IMG/VR virus record: IMGVR_UViG_3300028888_000069
Coordinates: 1 to 64,000 of that record
DNA: 64,000 bases
Source: a virus
Taxonomy: Duplodnaviria; Caudoviricetes
Reading direction: 5' to 3' (one strand)
How positions within the stretch are numbered: the first letter of the stretch is position 1; every line of letters starts with the position of its first letter. This document shows positions 45,474 to 53,775 of the stretch, piece after piece. Both the position numbers and the translations under genes were made by a program. Below the pieces are notes generated by a model, which was not told where the DNA came from, did not search any database, and saw only the letters and a list, made by a program, of their open reading frames with translations.

Positions 45474-46333
45474 AAGATATAAAAATAACTAGTCGTTCTT
45501 ATATAAACCAAAAAGAGGATAATCTTAACTATTTCTTTAGAGACATATATAAATATCCTTTATTAACAGCAGAAGAAGAAAAGAAAGTATGTAAACTATT
45601 AAAATCTGAAGATACTAAAGAAGAAGCTATTGATAAACTTGTTAAATCAAATATTAGATTTGTTATAACAGTTGCTAAACAATATCAAGGGCAGGGAGTA
45701 TTATTGTCGGATTTAATTATGAGTGGGATAGAAGGGTTAATAGAAAGTGCTCATAAATTTGATCCTGATAGAGGATATAAGTTTATTACTTTTGCTGTTT
45801 GGTATATAAGAAGAGAAGTAATAAAAGCCATTTATAATACAGGTAGGACTATACGTTATCCTACTTCTTATATATGTAAATTATCTAAAGTTACAAAAGC
45901 CTATGACTCTTTTGTTAATAAGAACAATAGAGAACCTAATGAAAAAGAATTATTAGAACTTACTAATTTAAGTCAAAAACAATATCAAGATGTAGTAAAT
46001 AATCAATCATATTGTACATCTATTGATTTACCTGCTTATGATGATTCTGATTCTACTGTGGCGGATTTAGTTCCGACTTCTGATATTGATCCTGTATCTT
46101 CTACTGATAATTCAATAATTAAAGAAAAAATATATTCTTTATTATCTAGTTTCGGAAAAAGAGAAAAAGATATATTTAGACTATTCTTTGGATTAGATTG
46201 TGCAAAAATGAATCCTAGAGAAATAGGAGAATTGTTTGGATTAGTAGGAGAAAGAATAAGGCAATTAAAAAATAAAGTTGTGGAAAAGATAAAAAAGGAT
46301 AAAGAACTTAATAGAATTTATAATTCTTTATAA
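45470..46333 (+). CDS. Sigma-70 family factor, homolog of the short Bacteroidota primary sigma
   Basis: SNIRFVITVAKQYQGQG, KFDPDRGYKFITFAVWYIR, region 4 EIGELFGL..ERIRQLK; 287 aa with no region 1.1. Confidence 0.92.
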   Translation: MKDIKITSRSYINQKEDNLNYFFRDIYKYPLLTAEEEKKVCKLLKSEDTKEEAIDKLVKSNIRFVITVAKQYQGQGVLLSDLIMSGIEGLIESAHKFDPDRGYKFITFAVWYIRREVIKAIYNTGRTIRYPTSYICKLSKVTKAYDSFVNKNNREPNEKELLELTNLSQKQYQDVVNNQSYCTSIDLPAYDDSDSTVADLVPTSDIDPVSSTDNSIIKEKIYSLLSSFGKREKDIFRLFFGLDCAKMNPREIGELFGLVGERIRQLKNKVVEKIKKDKELNRIYNSL

Positions 46334-46334
46334 T

Positions 46335-46700
46335 ATGGCTAAAAAAGTAGCAGTTACAAAAAAAGTTAAAGCCAAAAGACATCTGGGGTATTATATATTA
46401 AAAATAAAATCTCCAGATGGAAAGGCTTTTGGTAAAACGGATTTAAATACAGAAAGTTGGTGTGATTTATATTTTATAAATTTAGAAAATCTATTAATGA
46501 AAAATAAAGACACATTAACTTTAGATAGTGCTGAAACTATACTTGATAAGTATAATCAAATTTATACTAAATATAAAGCCTTTTCTACCTATGTTGATAG
46601 TTGGGATAATAAATGGCATGGAAAATTAGGTATGGTTTCAGAAAAGAAAAGATTAGAATATTTAAAAGATAAAATTTCTAAAATATTGAATAATGACTGA
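46335..46700 (+). CDS. Basic hypothetical protein
   Basis: 121-aa ORF. Confidence 0.7.
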   Translation: MAKKVAVTKKVKAKRHLGYYILKIKSPDGKAFGKTDLNTESWCDLYFINLENLLMKNKDTLTLDSAETILDKYNQIYTKYKAFSTYVDSWDNKWHGKLGMVSEKKRLEYLKDKISKILNND

Positions 46701-47058
46701 ACAAGAATTTTTAAACAAACGTTATCCTTTTTGGTTAGATCCTGAAACTTTAGCAATTAGGTTTCCAACAGGTATGGATAGAGATGATAGACTGGATAAG
46801 ATATTATCAAAATATGGTGTATCTTGGTTAATTGCTTTAAGGGGTTATTATATTCCAGATGAATATATAATGTTATATACTATGGATTATGAAATTCCTA
46901 ATTGCAATGTTTCTCTTATACAATATTTGTTAAATTATTTTCCAACTATTAAATGGGTTGGATTAGGCTGTACTAAAGGAAAGCCTGGAGAATTTTGGAA
47001 ACCTCGTATGGTGTTTATGAGAGATAGTAATAATTATGAACAATTAAAAATGGAATAA
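46693..47058 (+). CDS. Hypothetical protein
   Basis: 121-aa ORF. Confidence 0.7.
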   Translation: MTEQEFLNKRYPFWLDPETLAIRFPTGMDRDDRLDKILSKYGVSWLIALRGYYIPDEYIMLYTMDYEIPNCNVSLIQYLLNYFPTIKWVGLGCTKGKPGEFWKPRMVFMRDSNNYEQLKME

Positions 47059-47059
47059 T

Positions 47060-47377
47060 ATGGCTAATTTTTGTGATAATAGATTTTATTTTAGTTGTAA
47101 AAAGAATTTTGCAAAGAACATAGAATATTTGGAAAAAGAATTAGAAGATTATAATGTAGAATTATTCAATGACGATTATAGTGAAGGAGCAACAGATGGA
47201 GTCTTTGTATCTAAATGGTCTTTTCCAACGAGAGAATTTGAAGAAATATTTTCTAAATTTAAAAAAGAAGATGGAGTATATTTCAGGTGTTTGTCTGAAG
47301 ACTTTGAAGGAGGCTATGTAGCTATGAATATATTTGAAGATAATGAATGGAGATCTGAACAGACTTTTGATTTATGA
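47060..47377 (+). CDS. Hypothetical protein (DUF1281/YubB-like MxNxCxN...FxSxWxxP)
   Basis: MANFCDN, FVSKWSFP. Confidence 0.6.
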   Translation: MANFCDNRFYFSCKKNFAKNIEYLEKELEDYNVELFNDDYSEGATDGVFVSKWSFPTREFEEIFSKFKKEDGVYFRCLSEDFEGGYVAMNIFEDNEWRSEQTFDL

Positions 47378-47643
47378 AAACCTATTATTTTGATGAACAA
47401 GTGGCTATATGGAAAAGAACAAGAGTTTCTGTTCCAGATGAGGTTACAGAGGAAGAATTTATAGAACAGTGTAAAGGAAATAAAGCCTATAAATTAGAAG
47501 AAGAGCATGAAGATTGGGAAATAAGTGAAGCTGAATACTTAGAAGATACAGAATGGCCAATAGAAGACCTAAATCCTGATGAACCTCATACAGAAATTAT
47601 TAATCCTAGTAGCGAGCTTAATTATGTAATATATAATGAATAA
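47374..47643 (+). CDS. Acidic hypothetical protein
   Basis: 89 aa, Glu-rich. Confidence 0.7.
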   Translation: MKTYYFDEQVAIWKRTRVSVPDEVTEEEFIEQCKGNKAYKLEEEHEDWEISEAEYLEDTEWPIEDLNPDEPHTEIINPSSELNYVIYNE

Positions 47644-47736
47644 TGAAATTTTTAGATAAATATCCAGAATGTAAAGGGTGCCCTGTACATAAATACTGTG
47701 GCACTATGGTAAGTTCTATAAGATTATGTAATTCCT

Positions 47737-48327
47737 ATGAAAAAAATAAAAAGAATAATTAATAATATAAAATTATGTATTAAATATCCTTTTTTATATC
47801 CAAGAAATAGATTTACTAATACTCATTATGTTAATTGGAAATTTAAAGAATGGTATAGTAAATTAAGGAAAGAATCTACACATTTTGATAAGGAAACATT
47901 TAAGTCTACCATAACAAATAGACCTAAATATATTCTATATAAAATATGTAAATGGATACATGATTACCCAATGCAATTATTTCACTGTATTCCTACTTAT
48001 ACTGAATTAGATGCAATGGATAAAGGTTGGAGAAAGGCTTTTGGAGTAAAAATGTGTGAAGAAATTAAGCAGGCTTTATTAAAATCAGGTGGAAGAAAAG
48101 ATTTATATAAATATAGAATAATGCAAATAAAAGAAAAGTGGGGAGGCTTAAGATGGTATGATGCTTGGTCTACACACGAAATAATGAAAATTATTTCTAA
48201 ATATGAAGGCATTTCTTATAGAACCTGTATAGAATGTGGAAAACCTGCTAAATGGGTATCAAAAGGATGGATATGTCCTTATTGCGATGATTGCAAAGAA
48301 AAAGATAGGGAATATGATAGAATTTAA
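47737..48327 (+). CDS. Phage hypothetical protein (QIKEKWGGLRWY, CxxC..CxxC)
   Basis: Motif common in phages. Confidence 0.8.
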   Translation: MKKIKRIINNIKLCIKYPFLYPRNRFTNTHYVNWKFKEWYSKLRKESTHFDKETFKSTITNRPKYILYKICKWIHDYPMQLFHCIPTYTELDAMDKGWRKAFGVKMCEEIKQALLKSGGRKDLYKYRIMQIKEKWGGLRWYDAWSTHEIMKIISKYEGISYRTCIECGKPAKWVSKGWICPYCDDCKEKDREYDRI

Positions 48328-48511
48328 ATTAAATTATAATGAAGAAAAAGAAGCAAATGATTTTCTAAAAGAACACAGGAATTGCGGTAATCCTACTGCT
48401 ATTGGTGGTCATATTAAATTTATATTTACACCAACTTCTGTAGGGGATTCTTGCATATTAAAATGTGTTTGCGGAAAAGAAAAAGATATAACTGATTATA
48501 ATTGTTGGTGA
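48314..48511 (+). CDS. Small hypothetical protein (AIGG..FTPTS.G)
   Basis: Start moved to ATG 48314. Confidence 0.7.
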   Translation: MIEFKLNYNEEKEANDFLKEHRNCGNPTAIGGHIKFIFTPTSVGDSCILKCVCGKEKDITDYNCW

Positions 48512-48514
48512 GAA

Positions 48515-50710
48515 ATGATTTACTTAATTAGTGGACAACAAAGTCTATTTAAATCAGATAAATATAAAGTAATTAGTGCGGAGAAGGCTCTAGAAATGTT
48601 AGAGCCTCTCCAAATTGTACAGTGTGATACTGAAACTATGGGTTTAGACCCATATACAAAACCCTTACTTACTATTCAATTAGGTAAAAAGGAAAATCAA
48701 TTTGTGTTTGATTGTACCCAAGGAATACCTAGTGGGGTAAAAGAATTTTTAGAATCCGATAGATTATTTATTTTTCATAACGCTCAATTTGATTTGATGT
48801 ATCTATATTATTATAATATTTGGCCTGAGAATATCTATGATACTATGTTAGTTGAACAATTATTGTATCTAGGATGGGAAGACGAATCTATATCATATGC
48901 TCTAAAAGAACTTGCCAAAAGATATTTAAATATAGATATTGATAAAACAGTTAGAGGAAAAATTATTACAGAAGGACTAACAGAAAGAGTCATTGTTTAT
49001 GCAGCTGGAGATGTTATGTATCTAGAAGATATAAAAGATCTTCAAGAAATTAAAGTTAAAGAAGAGAATTTAGATAAAGCAGTAGCTGTTGAAAATTCTT
49101 TTGTTAAATGTTTAGCCTATGTTAAGTATTGTGGATTTCATTTAGATGCACAACAATGGCAAGAAAAAATGAATAGAGATAATGCTAAACTTAATGAGGC
49201 TAAAGAAGAATTAAGATTATGGCTTTTAAATTATTTTGACAAGAAAGGTGGAGATAGACAAACTATGATGTTAGATGTAGAACATATAGTTGATTCTCAA
49301 TGGATTCATTCAGAAGAAGAATTAAATGAATTTGGATTTAAGATGGAAATTGCTCCTAAAGGAATAAAAGAATCTGATTTTTATATTAAAGATTCTGGTA
49401 TAGAAGAAGTTGGTAAACTTTATTGTTATAAAACTAGAGAAAAATTTCCTTATTTAGAAATAGATCTACAAGGAGATTTATGGTCTGGTTTTAATAAAGA
49501 ACCACAATGTACAGTAAATTGGGATAGTCCAAAACAATTAATTCCTTTATTTGAATCTTTAGGTTTTAATCTATATACCTTTGATAAAAAGACAAAAGAG
49601 AAAAAGAAATCTGTTGGTGCTGAAATTATAGAAAAACAAATTAATGTTTCTACTATTGCTCCTTTATATTTAAAATATAAGGAAGCAGCAAAAGTATGTT
49701 CATCTTTTGGGCAAAACTGGTTAAAAGCTATAAATAAAGTAAGTGGTAGAATACATGTTGATTTTAAACAATTAGGAACTAATACAGCACGATTAAGTAG
49801 TGGTGGAGGAGTCTATAAACTTAATGTGCAACAATTACCAAGAGGAAAAGAAACAAGAAAATGTTTTACTTCTGAAAAAGGTAATAAATGGATTAGTTGT
49901 GATTATGATAGCCAGGAAAGTCAACTAATTGCTTCTGTATGTAATGATCCAGCAATGTTGGATTTGTATAGAAATGGTTGCGGAGATATGCATGCTCTAG
50001 TTGCTTATAAAAGTTTTAAACAAATTCCTAGGGATACTAAAATAGAAGATATAAGTAAACTATATAAAGACTTAAGACAAAAAGCTAAAGGAGTAGAATT
50101 TGCTATTAATTATGGTGGTGATGATAATACTTTAGCACAACGTGGTATGTCTCCAATAGAAGCAAAAAGAGTATATAATGATTATATGAAGGGCTTTCCA
50201 GGAGTAAAAGCTTATCAAGATTATTGTAGAAAAGCTGTTATGAATGATGGCTATATTCTTATGAATCCTGTAACAGGACATAGGGCACATATTGAAGATT
50301 GGGATTTTCTAGAAGAAATAAGGGATGAAATGAAAGATCCAGATTTCTGGAGATATTATAATGATGTAAAGAGGGAAAGAGGTCCAGAATATAATAGATA
50401 TAGAAAATATTTTAGAAGAAAATCTGAATTAGAAAAAGACTCTATTAACTACAGGATACAAAATAGAGGTGCCATGTGTTTTAAATTATCTGGAATATTA
50501 TTATTTAAATATATTAAAGAACATAATCTTCTTAATAAAGTTAAATTATGCATTCCTGTTCATGATGAATGGAATGTAGAAGTTCCAGAAGATATAGCCG
50601 AAGATATGGCAAAAGTTATTGTAGATTGTATGGAAAAAGGTGCGGCACCTTTCTGTAAAAGATTGCATCTAAGTGCTACACCAGAAATATCAAATTGTTG
50701 GGTACATTAA
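48515..50710 (+). CDS. polA: DNA polymerase family A with 3'-5' exonuclease
   Basis: Exo motifs DTET, HNAQFD, YAAGD; polymerase motifs TARLSS, DYDSQE, RQKAKGVEFAINYG, IQNRGA, VHDE. Confidence 0.96.
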   Translation: MIYLISGQQSLFKSDKYKVISAEKALEMLEPLQIVQCDTETMGLDPYTKPLLTIQLGKKENQFVFDCTQGIPSGVKEFLESDRLFIFHNAQFDLMYLYYYNIWPENIYDTMLVEQLLYLGWEDESISYALKELAKRYLNIDIDKTVRGKIITEGLTERVIVYAAGDVMYLEDIKDLQEIKVKEENLDKAVAVENSFVKCLAYVKYCGFHLDAQQWQEKMNRDNAKLNEAKEELRLWLLNYFDKKGGDRQTMMLDVEHIVDSQWIHSEEELNEFGFKMEIAPKGIKESDFYIKDSGIEEVGKLYCYKTREKFPYLEIDLQGDLWSGFNKEPQCTVNWDSPKQLIPLFESLGFNLYTFDKKTKEKKKSVGAEIIEKQINVSTIAPLYLKYKEAAKVCSSFGQNWLKAINKVSGRIHVDFKQLGTNTARLSSGGGVYKLNVQQLPRGKETRKCFTSEKGNKWISCDYDSQESQLIASVCNDPAMLDLYRNGCGDMHALVAYKSFKQIPRDTKIEDISKLYKDLRQKAKGVEFAINYGGDDNTLAQRGMSPIEAKRVYNDYMKGFPGVKAYQDYCRKAVMNDGYILMNPVTGHRAHIEDWDFLEEIRDEMKDPDFWRYYNDVKRERGPEYNRYRKYFRRKSELEKDSINYRIQNRGAMCFKLSGILLFKYIKEHNLLNKVKLCIPVHDEWNVEVPEDIAEDMAKVIVDCMEKGAAPFCKRLHLSATPEISNCWVH

Positions 50711-50711
50711 T

Positions 50712-50846
50712 ATGAAAAAGGATCATTGTAAGTATTGTACATATTTTAAGATATTAAAAAGAGAGGACGGATCAGAAAGGAACTACTGTAACGATATGGA
50801 TTGTACAGTAGATCCTTCGGATCCTGCTTGTAATTATTATGATTAA
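50712..50846 (+). CDS. Small Cys-rich protein (44 aa)
   Basis: MKKDHCKYCTYF...YCNDMDC...PACNYYD. Confidence 0.5.
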   Translation: MKKDHCKYCTYFKILKREDGSERNYCNDMDCTVDPSDPACNYYD

Positions 50847-50849
50847 TTT

Positions 50850-51629
50850 ATGAAGACTTTAAAACCTAGTGTTGAATTTATTGAAAATGATAATGTTTTC
50901 AAAAAGATTGAATTAGTTGGAAGAATATCTTATAAAAGTGAAGATAAGATAACAGAAGATTCAGCTAAGAAATTTGTTAAGATGTTAGAAGAAAAAGGAC
51001 ATGGAGCACCATTAGAACATGGAATAATATATTTGGTATTAAATTTAAGTAATCCTTTTAAAAGAAAATTTGTAGAGTTTTTTGAAACAAATCCTTATAG
51101 TACTGTAGTAATAAGTGATAATCATGCTTATATTACGACTAACTATAGAGTAGTATTTGAAAACAAATTATTTGAAGTAATGGATTGGTTAAGTACTAGA
51201 ACAGAGCTTCATGTTCAAATGTTTACTTTTAAATTCATATGTAGTAGAGCTATAGCAAATGAATTTGTAAGGCATAGAAAGTTTAGTTTTATGCAAGAAA
51301 GTACAAGGTATTGTAATTATTCTAAAGACAAATTTAATAATGAAATAACTTGTATAGAACCAACTCTTTTGACTGAAGATAATTACAGAATATGGAAAGA
51401 AGCAATGAAAAATGCAGAAAAGAGTTATATGGATCTTGTTAAAAACGAAGCTCCTCAAATTGCCAGAGGTGTATTACCTTTAGATTTAAAAACAGAATTA
51501 GTAATGACAGGCTCTCTTAAAGATTGGGCAGATTTCTTAAAACTAAGAAGCACTAAAATGAATGCAAAAGGAGTTCATCCAGATGCAGCATATTTAGCAG
51601 ATAAAGTATTTGATAAAATATTTGTATAA
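50850..51629 (+). CDS. thyX: Flavin-dependent thymidylate synthase
   Basis: GHGAPLEH, RHRKFSFMQESTRY, ARGVLP. Confidence 0.95.
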   Translation: MKTLKPSVEFIENDNVFKKIELVGRISYKSEDKITEDSAKKFVKMLEEKGHGAPLEHGIIYLVLNLSNPFKRKFVEFFETNPYSTVVISDNHAYITTNYRVVFENKLFEVMDWLSTRTELHVQMFTFKFICSRAIANEFVRHRKFSFMQESTRYCNYSKDKFNNEITCIEPTLLTEDNYRIWKEAMKNAEKSYMDLVKNEAPQIARGVLPLDLKTELVMTGSLKDWADFLKLRSTKMNAKGVHPDAAYLADKVFDKIFV

Positions 51630-51814
51630 TGGAAAATAGAGGATGTACCGTTAGTTGCCAACCTTCCTTAATATTTTTTATATTTTTAATATTAAAATTA
51701 ACTAACACTATTGATTGGTCTTGGTGGTGGATAACTTGTCCATTATGGATATCGGTCATATTCTATCTTTTATTTATATTATTAGTGTTTATTTATGGAA
51801 AAGGAAAAAAGTGA
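51629..51814 (+). CDS. Small membrane protein (LKL...IDWSWWW...PLW)
   Basis: Two-TM motif common in phages. Confidence 0.75.
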   Translation: MENRGCTVSCQPSLIFFIFLILKLTNTIDWSWWWITCPLWISVIFYLLFILLVFIYGKGKK

Positions 51815-52031
51815 ATTAAAACTAACGAAAGAAGAAGAAAAAGCCTTTATGGAAGAATTAAGATTTAATTATTTAAAGATGCACACTCCATGGAAAAGGC
51901 TAGATAAAAAAGTTGGAAGAAATGAGATATGTCCTTATTGTGATTCTGGATTAAAGTATAAAAGATGTGCTTGTTATAATAGAGAAAATAATATAAAATA
52001 TACAATTAATGATAGTAGGAGCAATAAGTGA
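51795..52031 (+). CDS. SEC-C motif protein
   Basis: KVGRNEICPYCDSGLKYKRC. Confidence 0.8.
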   Translation: MEKEKSELKLTKEEEKAFMEELRFNYLKMHTPWKRLDKKVGRNEICPYCDSGLKYKRCACYNRENNIKYTINDSRSNK

Positions 52032-52692
52032 TTTACATGGACAAATTAGTAATATCCATGTAAAGAAGTGTGATATATTTTGCATATGCGGGGATATAGT
52101 TCCCCTGCGTATGCAAAATCATACTAAAGAATCTTTTAATTGGTTTGAAGAAAAATTTATTCCTTGGTGTCAAAGTATAGAATGTGATCAAGTATATTTA
52201 ATTGGAGGAAATCATGATTTCTTCATGGAAAATAATAAATCAAGAGTAAATAAATGTTTATTAGGAAGTAAAATAACGTATTTAGAAAATGAAGGAACAG
52301 AATATTTAGATTCAGAAACTGGCAAAGTATATAAAATATGGGGTTCTCCACTCTGTCATACTTTTGGCTACTGGGCTTTTATGCATAGTCCAGAATATGA
52401 AAAAGAACAGTTTGAAAAAATGCCAAATGATTTAGATATACTATTGACACATGATGCTGCTTTTGGTCATAGTGATATATGTTTAGAAAACCCTCTTCCA
52501 GGAAATATAGGAAACAGGGAATTAAAGTCTGTAATATCTAAACGTAAACCTCGTTATCATTTATTTGGACATTTACATACTGCAGATCACAATTTAATAA
52601 ATTATGATGGAACTCTTACTGCTTGTGTAAGTGCTTTAAACGAACATTATCAATGTGTATTTAAACCTTTATATATTGAAACTGAATTTTAG
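52009..52692 (+). CDS. Calcineurin-like metallophosphoesterase (ends TAG, TAA 4 codons later)
   Basis: SDLHG, CGDI, GNHD, LTH, FGHLH. Confidence 0.9.
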   Translation: MIVGAISDLHGQISNIHVKKCDIFCICGDIVPLRMQNHTKESFNWFEEKFIPWCQSIECDQVYLIGGNHDFFMENNKSRVNKCLLGSKITYLENEGTEYLDSETGKVYKIWGSPLCHTFGYWAFMHSPEYEKEQFEKMPNDLDILLTHDAAFGHSDICLENPLPGNIGNRELKSVISKRKPRYHLFGHLHTADHNLINYDGTLTACVSALNEHYQCVFKPLYIETEF

Positions 52693-52945
52693 CTGGAGAC
52701 TTAAAAAATTTTCAGATGGACATTTGTTCATATTTAAATATAAAACCTCTCCATCACTTTACTAAGGCTCTAAAAATTTAAATTTTTTTCAATTATGACT
52801 TGCAAAGATTCTCAAACAGGTGAAATATTTAAATATTCTTTTTTGAATGAAGATGTAGTAGAATTAAAAAATAAAGATAAAACCTTTAAAATTTTATATA
52901 AAGATTGGCTAAAAAGGTATTTTATTTTAAATAAATTATAATAAA

Positions 52946-53206
52946 ATGTATAGACTTGTTGAATGGGAAGGAAACAAATATAAAGTTAGGGATATAACTT
53001 TATTTGAAGGAACTGATGAAGAAGTAAAAATATCAGTTTCTTTAGAAGCTTTATATGATAAACTTAAACCTTATCTAGAAGATGTTGAAAATGAAAAATG
53101 GTATGAAGCTTCTTGTTTAGACGATGATATAGGATATTATGTTCCAGATAACGTAATTGATTCTTACGATTTAGTAAAATATGTTGAAAGAGAATATTTC
53201 GGTTAA
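52946..53206 (+). CDS. Hypothetical protein
   Basis: 86-aa ORF. Confidence 0.7.
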   Translation: MYRLVEWEGNKYKVRDITLFEGTDEEVKISVSLEALYDKLKPYLEDVENEKWYEASCLDDDIGYYVPDNVIDSYDLVKYVEREYFG

Positions 53207-53723
53207 TCATCCTCCTCACTATACATCTGATCCTTCTGGTATTGAATGTATTGATATAGTCAAATATAGGGATTTTTGTATAGGTAATGCCATTAAATAT
53301 TTATGGAGAGCAGGATTAAAAAAAGATTCTTCTATAAGTGATAAAGAAAAAGAAATAGAAGATTTAGAAAAAGCTATTTGGTATATTAATAAAAAAATAG
53401 AAATGCTGAAAAAAGAAAATGCAAGAAATGTTCTATCTGCTTTGTTAGCATATACTGATGAAAAGAATCCTATGAATGTAGATATTGTTTTAGAAACATC
53501 TGAAGATATGGGATTGTCTACATTACAAAAACCTCATGTAATTAAAGTATTCCAAGATCCTAAAGAAGGAATAATGTGGATGCTTTTTGAAGGTGCTGAT
53601 GATTATATAAAAATAGAAGAAGATGATGAAATGGAACAGATAATAAATTATATAAATAATAGTTATCCTATTTCTACAGAAACAAATAAAATAATAAATA
53701 ATTATTATACAACTTTTAACTAA
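53181..53723 (+). CDS. DUF3310 (T7 gp1.7-like nucleotide kinase family) domain with C-terminal extension
   Basis: VNHPPHY..GIECID...GNAIKYLWRAG.K..EDLEKAIWYI. Confidence 0.85.
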   Translation: MLKENISVNHPPHYTSDPSGIECIDIVKYRDFCIGNAIKYLWRAGLKKDSSISDKEKEIEDLEKAIWYINKKIEMLKKENARNVLSALLAYTDEKNPMNVDIVLETSEDMGLSTLQKPHVIKVFQDPKEGIMWMLFEGADDYIKIEEDDEMEQIINYINNSYPISTETNKIINNYYTTFN

Positions 53724-53726
53724 AAC

Positions 53727-53775
53727 AATAAAGGGGAAGGTCTCGTCAAACGAGATCTTCCCCTTATTTTTTTTT
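53727..53775. terminator. Terminator between the convergent modules, probably bidirectional
   Basis: 15-bp stem AAGGGGAAGGTCTCG/CGAGATCTTCCCCTT with an A-rich left flank and a T-run on the right. Confidence 0.88.

Noticed and set aside
38593-50710. Inteins or introns in nrdD, ligase or polA
   Set aside because: Lengths are normal, reading frames are continuous and no intein terminal motifs are visible
6603-51759. Many short minus-strand and nested ORFs in the + strand modules
   Set aside because: They overlap well-supported, tightly coupled + genes and have typical antisense composition (F/S/L/I-rich)
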